From positions 496,001-560,000 of the forward strand of contig BAAIJX010000001.1 of NCBI GenBank assembly GCA_054600435.1: a stretch of DNA of 64,000 bases. The letters are read 5' to 3'. The notes beneath the pieces were generated by a model, which was not told the DNA's origin, did no database searches, and saw only the letters and a program-made list of their open reading frames with translations. The stretch is from Neophaeotheca triangularis. Taxonomy: Eukaryota. This document shows positions 32,077 to 45,264 of the stretch, piece by piece; the stretch's first letter is position 1, and every line of letters starts with the position of its first letter. Both the position numbers and the translations under genes were made by a program.

Positions 32077-34945
32077 TCATGCCGGCTCCGCCCAATCCAC
32101 CTGCTCAGTCGCCGGCTCGCCTCCACTCTTCGCCATGGTAACCTTCAACCGTAAACGTAACCTAGGAGGAGGCGGCTGCAGAGAAGTAAAAAAAAAAAAC
32201 CATTAGCATGCAAACACACTACCAAAAGCCAACCACCAAGAACAAAAAAATGAATGGAGAATGAAAACTTACCCCAGAAACGCCCACAACTCTCATAACC
32301 TGCGTCGCCTCACTACCAGGCTCAATGTCACTGCTGCTAATCGCTTGCAACTGCAACTTCTGCGTCTTCGGAACGGCGGCTTGCAAATTGACGCCGCTTA
32401 GACTCTCAAAAGAGCCTGTGTTGCGGAATTTGGCCGTGACTTGGACGGCTTGCGGGCTGCGTTGGAGCGTGAAAGCGAGGTGTAGGTCGTTTTTGTTGTA
32501 GGCCGTGTGCGTTGCGGTTGACTGCTGCTGCTGCTGCTGCTGCTGTTGTTGTTGTTGCGGAGGGGGGCTGCTCATGCCGCCGAAGAGGTCGTTAGACGCT
32601 GAGGATGACGGCATGGCGGGGCGGGAATGCGGCTGTTGTGGCTGCGAGGGTGCGGCCGGTTGGCTGTCGAAGAGGTCCATGATTGAGTCCATGTTGCTGC
32701 TCGGTTTGGGAGCGCCGTTGGCGACTGGGCTGGCGGTGTCGGGGATGGTCGATGTGACTGCGTCGTCGCCACCGCCCATGATGTCTGCGAGGAGATCCGA
32801 GCTGTTTTGAGACCCGTTGATGGTCGCTGAGGTGTCTGTCGTTGGCATGGCTGAGGAGTCGCCCATCAGGTCGAGGAGCATGTCCTGCTCCGTGATCTGG
32901 CTTGGCTTTTTCTTCGCCGGTGCCTTGCTGTGGCGTTTCTTGGTCGTCGCTTCACCAAGCACTCGCTGCTCCTCTCGGATCTCGGGAGGTGGCATCCGCT
33001 CCAACACGCCTTTGCGTACACCATCATAACCGAAGAGGTTGCCGTACTCGACCGCGCGCTGTTGAATTTCCACATCCAGATTTGTCTGGTAGTTCAGGAG
33101 AATTCTCCGCAGCCGATCCACTTGAGAGGCGTCTTGCAAGCGAGTGGTGAGTTTCATGGCGGAATTGATGATATATTCCGTCACACTCTGACCGGCATAG
33201 CCGGAGTTTAGTATAGTATTGAAAAGGTCAACAACTTCACCTTCCTTGACCTCCTTCGCCAACTCCTCTTCCTCATAGGAGCCACCTCGCAGGAGCGCGT
33301 CTCCGTATTCGCCAATAACCCATGCACCTGCAAGGTTCAGTCCTTCCTGGCTGATATCCTCTCGCAGTGCAGCATACAGCTTTTGCGCGCAATAAGTCTG
33401 CAAGTCAGGGGTAGTTGCGATCAGTCGCACGAATGAGGATAGAATCTGTTCTTTGACGTAGTTTCCAGCAAGCTTCAAAACCCGCAGCATCGTGTCAACA
33501 TGCCATCGCTTGTTTGGCGCGAAGCGGTCGGCGGCAATACCGATTTGTGAGGTCATGATAGGCTTGAATTCGTTGTCTGCAACTTCCAAGAATGACAAGA
33601 GCTCTCTTATGAGTACCCGCACGTTGGAATCGTTGATGAGTGTGAAGCTGAGGTCCAATGCGCGTCTCCGGATACTTATGTCCGGGTCGCGTAGGCAATC
33701 TAAGATAGTGTTGCGATGTCTTTGCACTGCATTCGGTTCAATGGCGACAACCTTGATCAGGGTGTTCAGAGCAACGTATCGAATGTTGTTGTCCCGATTA
33801 GTTAGGAACTTGCCCAGGATGTTAACACCGAGTACCCGCAAGCCCGAGTCGGCTTCGATGTCCAGGATCGTGAGCACCGCTTCGTAGAGAATAGAGTTGC
33901 CAACGTTCTTTGAGGAGTCCGTATTGGTCGCCACCTGCGCCAGAATGTCGTTGATCTGTTCGCTCGTATGCGCATCCCCCCTACCAAGCACACGCAGCAG
34001 TTGTAGTATCTTGACCTGCAAGAAAGGATCCGTGATCCCCGTCACATCATGCTCTGGGGCATACCCGGACTGTGACATGGTCTTGAGCACCCTGACCAGC
34101 TGGCCTGTGACTGGTCTAAACTGTTCCACTACACCCAGCTCGCCTCCTTCCTCCTCATCCATCTCGCACATGCTCGTCACCAAGGTCAGACCGGTAATCA
34201 TGACTCCATGGTTCCTATCGTTCAAGAGGAGCTTCGCCTTGTCCAGAAAATGCTCTTGCAGATCCGGCACTTTGCGGCAGATGCGCATCGCGCAGAGAGC
34301 TGCTTTCCTTCGTACATAGGGATTCGATGAGGCGAGGATGGTTTCGATCTCGGGGAAGAGGTCTCGGGCCATTTCGACGCTGGCAATGTTTCCGAGCGTG
34401 CAAAGCGCCAGACCGACGACATATTGGTTGGAGTGGTTGAGATCACTAAGGATGTCAGTACTTTGCGGATAGCCCCTCCTGAACCACTGGCAGTCCACTT
34501 ACTTTTTGAGAGAGTTCGTCACTAGAGTCAAGACCTCCTGGTTTTCGTCCAACAACAGCATAACCCCAAGATAACCCAGTCGCTTGTCGGCGAAGCGTGG
34601 AGAGGCCAGTAGCTTGAGACATTCTATTTGTCCAAAGTGGGTTCTTTCGCCGAGTGTGAAGAGGTAGAGTAGCTTGGCGACATTGTTGCGCCTGTATGAG
34701 CATTAGTCTCCACCCTCACAGCATTTGTCTACGCCGTTGTTGATCCTACCGGAGATTTGAATCGTGGCCTTCCTCCCTGAAGCTTGCTCTTATCGCCGCG
34801 CTCTCCTTTTGCACCACTGCTCGCTCGTCGGCGATTGTCTTCGAGGCGCGCACATTGCGGATGAATTGCTTCACTGTGTAGTAGCGTATTAGTAGGCGCC
34901 TGGCACGTTTTGGGAGCTTCGTCGTAATTACGTACGGGAGCTCAT
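32077..34945 (-). CDS. APL4: AP-1 adaptor complex gamma subunit (gamma-adaptin)
   Basis: Inferred exons 34945-34936 (10 nt), 34873-34750, 34691-34503, 34445-32273, 32175-32077. N-terminus [35 protein letters not shown]; hinge with LLDL clathrin-box-like motifs; GAE ear [12 protein letters not shown]...RLRLRLKV. Confidence 0.95.
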
Positions 34946-35307
34946 GTTGCCGGGCGGGTTGAGTAGAGGGCTGGACAGGGAAGTTTACGCTGCGCTCGGA
35001 AACGATGTCATGTCACGGATGCGCAGAGAGACAAGTATGGATCGCGGTAGAGGTCGTGAATCTGAGATCGAATTCGGGGGTATCTTTTGGGGGGTGTTGT
35101 TGTCTCGACGTCGCTGCTGCATCTGGCTCGTCCACTCGTTCTAATGGGGCTTCCCGAACCCTGAATAGCAAGCTGCAGGTGATGTCCAGACAGAGCACGT
35201 GACAACGCGGCACTATCGTACCTCACCTTTCGATAGTAGTACCATACCAGATCTACTCTTACTAGATCTACCTTCACGACTATCCCAACAAGGCTTGACC
35301 GCCGACA

Positions 35308-37209
35308 ATGGTCTCGACATACCCATACACCTACTACGCTTGCCCATGTACGACACCAACCCCGACTTTATCAGCCGCGAAGAAACACGCTCGCACTCCG
35401 TCCTCTACAAACACGACCGATGAAGAGCTGCCCGAAGAGGCTACACCTTTGAACCCGCACGATGCTCGTTCCAACTACTCCCTCTACCCGCTGAACTCGT
35501 TGCTCTACTGCGACGAATGCCAAAAAATCGCGTGTCAAAGGTGTTGTACGGAAGAGATATTGAATTGGTACTGTCCGAACTGCCTCTTCGAAGTACCCAG
35601 CAGTAGCGTCAAGGCCGACGGCAACAGGTGAGCAACGTGAGTACGCAAATACCTCAAGAGGCCGGCGTGTAGCTGACTGATTCCCGGTAGATGTTCGAGG
35701 AATTGCTACAATTGTCCGTTATGTACGGCCCCTCTAGCTGTGACAACTCTCGAACCACAGCAGCAATCCCGGGAACACCCCACACCTGGTGATAGCATTG
35801 GCAGCAGCACTAGTCAAGAGCGCATCATTTTGTCCTGCCAATATTGCGACTGGACCAGTCTGGACATTGGTGTGCAGCTTAGCAGGTCAACAAAGATCAC
35901 CGAGCAACTCACCAAACTTCGAAAGAAACAGGGGACACGATCACCAGCATTAGGCGATTCGCAGAGTGAGGGGCCCGAAGATGATGGCGAGCAGTCACTC
36001 GACCAAGAAGACGCTTTTGCGAATCTATCCACCTTCTACAAGGACCAGCTGAACTCGGGAGACCCTTCGAACCCTTTCCCCAACAGCCCGTACAGCTCTC
36101 CGGCGAACCTTGCCCGCATTATGAACATCTATGGTGGTCTCTCACAAACAGCTTTGAAGAAAAGCCGAGACAAACCTCAGCCAATGCGTGAAGCTTATGG
36201 TCGAGACGAGGGTTTCAGGACATACACCGCCGATAGCAGGGATGAAGATGCCATCATCGAAAAGCTCCGGACCTTGGGATGGGAGGAAACTACCACCACC
36301 GAGCAACGCTCGTCCATGCCACCAAACCATGACGCTCGCTTCGCCGACCAACTCTGGCCTGTCGCAACACCCCTCCGCACCCGCCGCGGGAAACGCTGCC
36401 GAACGTGTCGCCAATTCATCGTTCGCGGAGAAGCCAAAATCAGCAGCGCCCGCTACAAGATCCGCCTCCTAGCCCAACAACACATCCCTCATCTGACCCT
36501 CCGACCCCTCCACCAACCCACACTCCCGCCACCGAACCTTTCCTTCCGCCTCCGCCCCACAGACCCAACAACTGCCCCGAAACCCCTTCAACCCCACACC
36601 CCAAACCACCACATCCTAACCCTCACAAACCCTCTCTTCGAACCGGTTAAAGTCACCCTAGCCTCCCCCTCCACAACTCCAGGCCGCGTCCAATCCCGCA
36701 TCACAATCCTCTGCCCCTCCTTCACCATCGGCCCGGCGGGAGACGTCTGGGATGACGCGCTCTCAGCCTCCACCAACACCCCCACACCCGCAACTTCCAC
36801 CGAAACCGGCCGCAAAGCCGCCCTCTCGTCTCTTACCGGCAGCTCAAACTCCGAAAACGAGCGCCAACCCGAAGCCGGCAAAATATGGGACAAGACGCGT
36901 AATTCCACTTCCGTGGTTTTGGAAGTCGTGCCGGGGGCTTTGCAAGCGGCGCCACGGATTGTGCCTAAGAGTGAGGAGGAAAAGTTGCGCGAAAAAGAAG
37001 AGGAGGAGGAGGAGGAGGTTTTAAGGGATGGGGATGAGATTCTGGAGGTGCCGGTTTTTGTCCGGGTGGAGTGGATGGCTGAGGTTTCGGCGACGGCGGG
37101 GTTAGGGGTTGGATTGGGAGAAGGAGAGGGTAGAAAGAGGACTGGGGAGAAGGAGGCGAGGGAGGTGGCGTTTTGGTGTGTGCTCGGGGTCGGGGAGATT
37201 GCCGGGTAA
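35308..37209 (+). CDS. Dynactin subunit p62 (DCTN4/Ro-2-like)
   Basis: Exons 35308-35627 and 35691-37209. Zn-binding pattern YCDECQKIAC.RC..EEILNWYCPNCLFEVPSS.VK.DGNRCSRNCYNCPLC, CQYCDW, LRTRRGKRCRTC, and LTLTNPLFEPVKVTL. Confidence 0.9.
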
Positions 37210-38939
37210 GATTGTTGAAGTTGGTGGTGGGCATCGGAGGACGTTTCTGAAAAGTATCTACCCGAGACTGCAGAAAAAGGATACCCCTCGCGCGATGTCG
37301 AGCTGGCGCTCATTGTGGCTTGCACGGACTTCGAGCAATGATGATGTCGTTTTGCCACGTCAATACCACCAACTCCGCCCACAGGACGGGAGTTCAGCGA
37401 TAATGCGACTCGCTTCGTTAGATCCAGATAGATAGCCCTCGAGCCACAAGCGCTCCCGGTCAAAACTCCGGCGTTCGCCAGATCCAACTCAACAACTACC
37501 AAATAGCACGCTCAACGACTCCCCCTCCCCGGCACTGAAGTCCCGCCAAACTAGACCAAACCGAGAAGATGGGTTTCCAACGCTGGCCAGCTACATAGTC
37601 TCCCAACACCACTGTAGGCAGGCTCAGCCCCATGTCTCCCAACGCTGCTCGTGTGAGAGGCATTGCGGTTCTCCCGGAGAGACGCGATGGCGCGATAGGT
37701 CGGCCGCTGAAGGCAGGTAGGTAGGTAGATAGGTAGATGGATGGAAATCAGGTCTGCTGGGAATGACAACAAGGTAGCAGAGCGGCTTGATGGAGTCGGT
37801 TAGGTATGTGAGAAAAAATTGTTGCATCACTAGCATGCCGCGCGCGAGTTGTGGGAATAAATCTCGGCTTGGCTTATATATTTCAGAGATCGGCTCGAGG
37901 TGTCGAAGACGGCCTGTCGTATGTACAATGGCCGAACGTGCTCCATTGTTAAAAAAGACAGACACAGATACTAGCTATGATGTTCCAAAACACGCATCCG
38001 CACCTTGCGACTCGCTCCCGTTTAGCGCTATATAGAAGATGATGCTGGAGGGAGAATTCTCGAGACTGGAAGATTCACCTTGCTTGCCACTTCGACCACA
38101 ACCACAACGCTAAAGAACTCACGATGAATGGAAATGAGGAATCAATGCTTGAGATGCATCATTTGCCCTCCTCGTACACACAACTATCTACCCTACCAGC
38201 CAGCCCAGCAACACACCAGTCCACCAACATCGACCTTCTTCCCCCACTCATCAACCCACAAGAAACTCCCCCAACCTTGCCAGCCAGGAGAAATGCCTAA
38301 TTCCAAGGTTCATCAGGTTGCACGCAGGCACGCATGCACGATCTTCGTAACCCGCGTCCTTCTGGCCCTCGCACACATGTCAAGCAAGACACGGGGCAGA
38401 TAAGAGGCCACTCTAGCAAAGAAAACGCCCCCGGAAAGGAAATAAAAAACAAAAAAGGAGGAGGCTTAAAGCACAGGTGATGCTCCCAGAACACCGAAAA
38501 AATTGACGGATCATAGTCTAGAGAGCAAGAGCCAAGCCAGGCCGTTCGCGAACATGCTTCGCCTCTCGGAAGTGCCCGCGCATGGCTGCGGGGTGAGCGC
38601 GTAGGAAGGGGGTATCTTGGTGGTGTGGTTCTTCGAGTTGCGCTCGGATTGCGTTGGAATGCCGATACTGATGCTGGGTCGAGTATGTGTTTTCGTATGT
38701 GTGGTGCTCCGGTTCCACCTCGAGAGTGCGTCGAATGCCAAGGTCTGATGCCAGATCTAGCAAGAGCAGGGCATGCAAAAGTATCCGCCAGCGGTATGGA
38801 TTTGGTGATAATGGTAGTGGTGGTGTCGTGACGGGGGGTGGGAGGGATGCAGATGCTAGGCGCTCCCTGCCTATCACACAAGCGCATGAGGACAGGTTGG
38901 GGCTGTTGTACAAGATCTGTAACCACTGCAGTTCTCGCA

Positions 38940-41582
38940 TCATAGCACATCCTCGATATTCCGCGTTATCGGGCTCGCGCCCTTTTGCACGGGACTACGT
39001 GGATCCGTTTCGGAGGGAAGGGGCGCGGTGGGGTCGGATTTTATCGAGGGAGTAGTATTGGTAACGGAGGCGACGGAGAGCGCAAAGGGGTTTTCGGTAA
39101 ACTCGTGTGCGCGCGGCGACATTAGGGGCTCGTCATATGTATGGGACGGAAGCGGGGCATGGCTTGGGAGCTGAGATTCGAGCTGCGCTTGGTAGTCTTG
39201 CAGCTGCTTCTGCTCGCGAAGACTAGGGGCGGACGCTTTCGGCCGCAGTTTGGGGCTTTGACGGGGTCGAAGGGATGCGTCTCCGTCTTCGGATCGGCGT
39301 TTGGGAGGTGTTGGCCGCCGGGCTGGTGGAGGAGGAGGAGGGGCTGGGCGCTGGGCTGGTTGCTCGTCCTGCGGGCGCATGGAGCCCATTCCCAGTGCGG
39401 CAAGAAGCGCGCTGCGGTCAAAAGGCGAGGAAGCAAACTCTGTCGAGGTGGGCGACATGATACCGTACTCATCGGCAGGATCTGCATCCTTGGTGGGTTG
39501 AACAGGGGTCATGGCGAATTCGGCAGCTCTGGGTGAGACCGGTGGGTCTGCGGGGGTCGCCGAGTCCTGCTCGTCTTCCTTCGGCCTTATCGGCAGCTCT
39601 AGCTCACGCGACTTTGGCGGTGATGAAGTGTCAGCCTCGAAAACTTGAACCTTTGGCACTGCCACAACATGGCCAGCCGGGTCTACGTAGGCCGAGCTAG
39701 GTTTGGCACCGCTGGAAGCTCTGAGGCGGGTGGCTGGTCGCGGATCCTGTTCGTTCAGGGTTTCACCAGATGGCCACGAGAGACCCGAGGGCGCTGATGA
39801 TGGTCCTGAGCTAAGCGCAGGAATCGCGGCTGTGAGTTCTTGAGTGGTGCTGGGAACGACGCCAGCAGACATAGGCATAGTCGAAAGTGGCGTTGGCCCG
39901 CCGGATGCAGTCATGGAAAACGGTCCGCCCCATTCACTCAGAGCCGAGCTTGGAGATACGGGGCTAAAGCCACGGTGCCCACCGAGTAGGCTGTTACGCG
40001 TCAGACTCGACCGAAACTCTTGCAGTTGCATGATGAGATTCATGTTCGGGCCGATCCACTTGCTTCGCTTTTTAACAGCGTCGTATGCTTCCTGTACGCT
40101 CGTGGCGGGGTTTTTGTATATGCCATAGGCGACAACAAGACTCGCGGATCGACTCACACCGCATTGGCAATGTACTAAGATTCGCTTGCCCTGCAAGACC
40201 TTCTCATCGATCAACTTGACAAGTCGTAGTAGGTCGGGAACAATGTCGCTGTTGTGCTCCCATGGAACGTGAACGTATTCCGGCTCCTTTTGCTCGGCTG
40301 TGCCCTTGACGTGACTGGGAAAGCTTTCTCGAAAGGGCGTTGCCTTGGGAGTAGTCGGGCTTTCCGGCTTGCTTTGGAGAGGGCTGGCCAACTCCGGTTG
40401 GTGCTCTCGCTTCGGAGCGTATTGGATCCCGCCCCCGCCGTCCATCCTGACCCCCTCAGCTGCGCGCTCTGGCTGATCGTATTTTGCAAACGGATTCCGC
40501 ACTTCACTCGCTACATTCATAATGACATCGTAGTCTCGTGCTTGATCCGCGGTTGGTTCGAGGTAAAGGTCGATACCTGGATCGTATACGCAGATGGGAC
40601 CATCAGGATAAGCCTCGGGCTTCTCTTCTCTGGACTGAGGTACGTCGAAATTTGGCTCGTCTTCTTCGTCCACCTCCACCGTCTCCGAAGCTACTGGTGA
40701 CGCAATACTTTCCAACTGTATGCGCTTTTCAGCAGCGACGGTCCTGGCGGCTTTGTTGACAGTTAGTCCTGGAAACAATGGCAACGACGGAGAAGACTGG
40801 AAATGCCGTAATGTACCCGGTCTGCTGAAGCCTGGCGTGGGAGGTATAGCGAGTCGGACTTGCTGCGGTGGCGCTTTGGTGTTCGCGGGTGTAGTGATGG
40901 AGAGGCCCAGGTTGCTAGGTTTCCGTTTCGGGGGTGATGGTGGCTTGACGAAAGATGGAGAAGCTGCCCCTTGCTCATCGGGAGTGGAGGCGATGGGTAA
41001 GCTCGTAGTCGACGATGCCTTACCGGGCTGTCGTGATGTATTCACAGCCAAGTTTTTGAGATTTCGCCCTTTCTTCAGGGGCGCGGGCTTCTGCAGCTCG
41101 AAAAAGGGCGCAGAGCTGGTCTCTTCAGTCGTCCGCGGTCGAAGCATCCCTGCGGTGAAAGTCTTTGGGGGTGGCGATTCAGGCGAAGAACCTGGAGATG
41201 GTTCTGTGGCACTTGAATCGTCAACGGTTGAGATAGTGGTAGTGGGAGAGGAATCGTTGGAACCATAATTTGTCAAAGAGGAGTCGCTAATGGTATGCTG
41301 GTGAAAGCGGCGGTAGGGTTTGTCCATTTCTGAAAGATGACCGTTTGTTTGCGCGAGAGAGTGTGAGGATGGTGGCTGCTTTGTCACGTTTGAGGAGTGT
41401 GGTGACTTCGAGCGTGGTATACCAGGTGAGTTCGTGCTCCGGAAAGAGACTGAGCTCTCCTGTGGTGAAGTTTCGATCATTATGTCTGGCCAAAAGCAGC
41501 CATAAGTTTTGCGCTTGTGCGGTGGTCCGAGAATATAATCAGTATTAGACTGCCAACCAGTAGGCAAAGATCTATCGGCCAT
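38940..41582 (-). CDS. Dual-specificity MAPK phosphatase, Msg5/Pmp1-like
   Basis: Catalytic VHCQCGVSRS, YPDGPICVYDP, VPWEHNS and IGPNMNLIMQL; long Ser/Pro-rich flanks with D-site-like KKGRNLKNLAV. The exact start codon is uncertain. Confidence 0.88.
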   Translation of the reverse strand: MADRSLPTGWQSNTDYILGPPHKRKTYGCFWPDIMIETSPQESSVSFRSTNSPGIPRSKSPHSSNVTKQPPSSHSLAQTNGHLSEMDKPYRRFHQHTISDSSLTNYGSNDSSPTTTISTVDDSSATEPSPGSSPESPPPKTFTAGMLRPRTTEETSSAPFFELQKPAPLKKGRNLKNLAVNTSRQPGKASSTTSLPIASTPDEQGAASPSFVKPPSPPKRKPSNLGLSITTPANTKAPPQQVRLAIPPTPGFSRPGTLRHFQSSPSLPLFPGLTVNKAARTVAAEKRIQLESIASPVASETVEVDEEDEPNFDVPQSREEKPEAYPDGPICVYDPGIDLYLEPTADQARDYDVIMNVASEVRNPFAKYDQPERAAEGVRMDGGGGIQYAPKREHQPELASPLQSKPESPTTPKATPFRESFPSHVKGTAEQKEPEYVHVPWEHNSDIVPDLLRLVKLIDEKVLQGKRILVHCQCGVSRSASLVVAYGIYKNPATSVQEAYDAVKKRSKWIGPNMNLIMQLQEFRSSLTRNSLLGGHRGFSPVSPSSALSEWGGPFSMTASGGPTPLSTMPMSAGVVPSTTQELTAAIPALSSGPSSAPSGLSWPSGETLNEQDPRPATRLRASSGAKPSSAYVDPAGHVVAVPKVQVFEADTSSPPKSRELELPIRPKEDEQDSATPADPPVSPRAAEFAMTPVQPTKDADPADEYGIMSPTSTEFASSPFDRSALLAALGMGSMRPQDEQPAQRPAPPPPPPARRPTPPKRRSEDGDASLRPRQSPKLRPKASAPSLREQKQLQDYQAQLESQLPSHAPLPSHTYDEPLMSPRAHEFTENPFALSVASVTNTTPSIKSDPTAPLPSETDPRSPVQKGASPITRNIEDVL

Positions 41583-43297
41583 GTCTCGTTAGTTGAAGTT
41601 GTTCGACCAGCCAGCAACACGATGCGGTGAAGTGAAAGTAGCAGTGAAGAGGGTCCGAGCAAGAGGGCGAAGCTCAAAGTTCAGTGTTGGAACAGTACAC
41701 AGCCAGACTAACCGGTACCGTGTTCAGGACCTCTCACTCGCTGCAAACCTGTGACAATAGCGCCTATGGTGATTGGCAGGGCCCAAGATAGACAAGCCTC
41801 CCGGAAAATAAACGCAAGAGGAGGGGAAGCAAATTGGCTGCGTTGCGCAACGAGTGGGGAACGTACCGTGACGCCTTCACCTGGAAGGGCTATGAATGGA
41901 GAGATGCCGGATCTCGTTAGGCGCTATGTGGCCTGGGAAGATCGTCGCCAGATACTGTCAGGTAGTCGAGGTAAGGAGCGTAGGGCGCGTGGAGAAGAGT
42001 AGTTGAGCTTTCTTTAGCAATGGAGGTCACCACATGGCCGCGAAAGCGAATCGGTTGTGTGGAGGAGCGAAGAAGGGACTGGGTTCGAGGTCTGCAATGA
42101 CATGCAGATAGACGCCGTTAAGTTGGTTCGGTAGGCCAGAGGGTGATGCTAGGCGAAGGCGAGTGGTCCTTGGTCGGCCGCTTCAGCTCAGCCAATGAGG
42201 GGGTTGACAGAAGCGCTAACTATTCTCCAATCAGCCAGTGCGCCTGTATCGCGTATGGCAACTGTAGAATGCCTCGAATTGTAACGTGACTTTTGAGCAG
42301 GCAACAAAATCGCAGCGAGAATCAAGCTGGCCCCCGGGGTTTAGACAGATGATACGCCATGCGACATTGTTGGAAAAGGGAATTCTCGTTGTGCAGATGT
42401 GAAGAAAGCTTACCACTTCGAGATATGCTGCGCACCTGAGAGTCTGCGATTGTCCCCAAGTCGTCAACTGAACTAGGCAGTCACGTATACGACTACCGTG
42501 AGCCTTTTCAAGTGTTTTTCAGGCGTGAAGAACAGCCTCGAGGCCTGGGAGCGTGAAGAGTAGTAGGAGTAGCGCACTGCCGAGTATGCCCGAGTGATGT
42601 ATGCGCGTGCAACAGTGCCCTCGACTCGGCGACAACCTTCCAGCTCTTCCTAATACAACCTATTCTCTCGTTCCTGATGCGTGCGAATATGATGGGGGCT
42701 CTTCGATAAGTTGGCGGTCGCAGGATAGGTGCGCTATGCGGAGCACAGTGTGGCGCGTCGAAAAGGATGCTAGGTCCAGTAGGTCATCCGGTAAAGTGCG
42801 GCACAGTAGGGTAAGTCGAGGAATGGGAGAGGTTGGCGTCGCATGAGCACGCGCTGAGAGGCGGTGCGGTTGGGCAGTTGGTGAGAGGAGATGGGCGGGT
42901 TGTAAAGGGTCAGTCGATTCAAAGGGCAAGATGGAGTGGAGTGGAGTGTAACTTGAGCGCACTGCAGGGCAAAGGCACAAAGTCGCGGAATCTGAAGCAT
43001 AGGTCGAGCAGTTCGGACACAAGAGGCTACAGGGTGACAGGGTGACAGGATGCAGGCTAACAGGCTTCAGGCTTCAGGCTACAGCAGCTCATTCATCAAC
43101 TAGCACGACGAGGCTATTTTTGGGGGAAGTCAAAGGCTAGCTAGCTTAATAAGGAAGCTTTTGTTTGCCGGCCTGCCATGTCTTCGTTCTCCTAACTTAC
43201 CACGCGCGCTTACCTTATTCAGTGCATCTAAGTTATCCAAGCTACTTAACATAAGGTACATACAGTACCTTGCCTACTAGTATTGTAATATACTGTA

Positions 43298-43326
43298 CTG
43301 TCCTGTCCTGTCCTGTCCTGTCCTGT
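43298..43326. repeat. (CTGTC)n pentanucleotide repeat
   Basis: Five to six tandem units seen directly. Confidence 0.9.
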
Positions 43327-45264
43327 ACTTGAGCCAACTTCTCCACGACGACAACAGCGGGCGCAGCGACGAGTGTTTACAGTGCAGCTTCGCTAAAACT
43401 GATGAAACCTAGCGTGGAAGGACTGGCCAGCGCTCTTTCTATTTTCGGTACGAAGCCTCGAAGCGCCCTCCACTCGTCCCCCCTCCCTCCCCACTAAATA
43501 CCCAAGTAGGTACCCAGGTACTATCTCTGGCTTGTCTGGCCACCTGCAGCATTCAACAACCTTACCTAGCACGCTGCACAACTGGACTAAGGGCTGGCTT
43601 CAGTCAGTCTGCTTTCACAATTCTTTGATCCGCATTCCATTCCATCACATGCAGCGCTGGACAACAAAGGCAGTCTCGTCACTCTCGATCTCGACAAAGC
43701 ATCCACTGCTCCCGTCCACCTCGCCATGGTCACGCGTGCGCAGTCGAGATCGAGTCTTGAGCCGGAATAACTTCTCAATAATGCCGAGCACTTACAGCGC
43801 CTCATCTTGTGGTACTGCTTCGTGTCCGTCCAGTCGACGAGACATGGAACATGGCACGGCTTTAAAGCATCACGCTCGTCAGCACGACACACTCCTTTTG
43901 CCCAGTCTCATCAACGTCGCACAGCACATCGAAGGCGGGGGTGTAGCACAAAGGCTTGTGCAAGTGTCAGCATGAGCTTGAAACGCGCATGTTGCCTTTG
44001 GATCGCTTCAGCACTCTGAGGGGTGCCACGAACAGGCGGTCCACCTGCACTAGCCTCAATTGACTGCAAAGAGTGAGACGACTTTGCGAGACAATAAACA
44101 CAGAGCAAATCTGGCTCGCTAACCATGAATCCGAGACGCTGTCCGTGGCGCTGGTAAGAGATACAGATGGAACTCGGCTCACTTCACATCTTCTTGACTT
44201 TGTTTACAGTCTGAAGGCATATGACCTTCTTTGAGTCAGTCGCCCAAGGATCTCAATGCTGTAGATGACCAATCGAGATGTCCGAGGCGCTTTATCAATT
44301 ACCAGAGCTGATGGAGACTGCTCACCGGCACCTCGACTCACTCCCATGACCTTTAAAACTTGCAGAGGTGTTGGATAAACCATCCGGGATATCGTGTCCA
44401 GTCTCCTTCCCTCATTGTGAGCAATCAACCGAGTCCTGAAATGCAGTGGACGGCTGGATGAGTTGTTCAAGTCTTAAGAGAGCTCGCCGGGGAGGCAGTC
44501 CTGTCTGGAATCGAGATAGGGGACACATGGCGACTCCAAAAGGCTTTCACCGCCTCATCACAGTGGATATCAAGGCCAAGATATAGTGAGATGCCCCGAC
44601 ATTGTCGTGGTTTGGAGAATGTGAGGCGACATTAAGACGACCCACCTGTCAAGGCATGGTTGGAACTGGTTGGGCATGGTGGGCACAGTAGTACTAGTAC
44701 TCTGTTAGTGCGGTGATGCCTGAACGTCCAACGACACGTGGATGTGTGATGAGTAGCACGCAGTATCGTGTTCGGTATGACTGTTCGAATCTTGACCTCT
44801 TCGATTGAGTAGAAATAATCATTATAATGAATGAAAATGAACAGAATCACTTCAACGAGAAGACGTGGATATGTGCAGAGAACCAGGTTAAGAGCGTCTT
44901 CCATTTTCGGGCACTTCCAGCTACTGAATGCCAACCCCCGACATCCGAACTCGGCGCCTCGACAAGACTGGAGCCCGGCCATTCCAAGGTTGCCGCTAAT
45001 AATCAGATCATCTAATCTATCGGGCACCAACCCATCACCACGACCAATGTTGGACGAGGAAATCTGATATGTCTTCCTTCTCACTTGCCTAACCCCTCGC
45101 TCACCGCGCTTCGTGCTTAACAAGCCGTTTTCAATGACCAACACAGCTCCGAAGCGAGACGGCAACGGCGCCGAATGCACGTGCTGCCACATGCAGTTCG
45201 TCAGGTCATGAGGTGGCATGCCTTGCGCTTGAGTTCTCTCATCTCTTCTTTTCCCGCACCCCCC

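Noticed and set aside
32219..32272. Hydrophobic tail-anchor-like end ([12 protein letters not shown]) on the gamma-adaptin ORF
   Set aside because: It is read-through into a T-rich intron (32272-32176); splicing restores the normal ear C-terminus.
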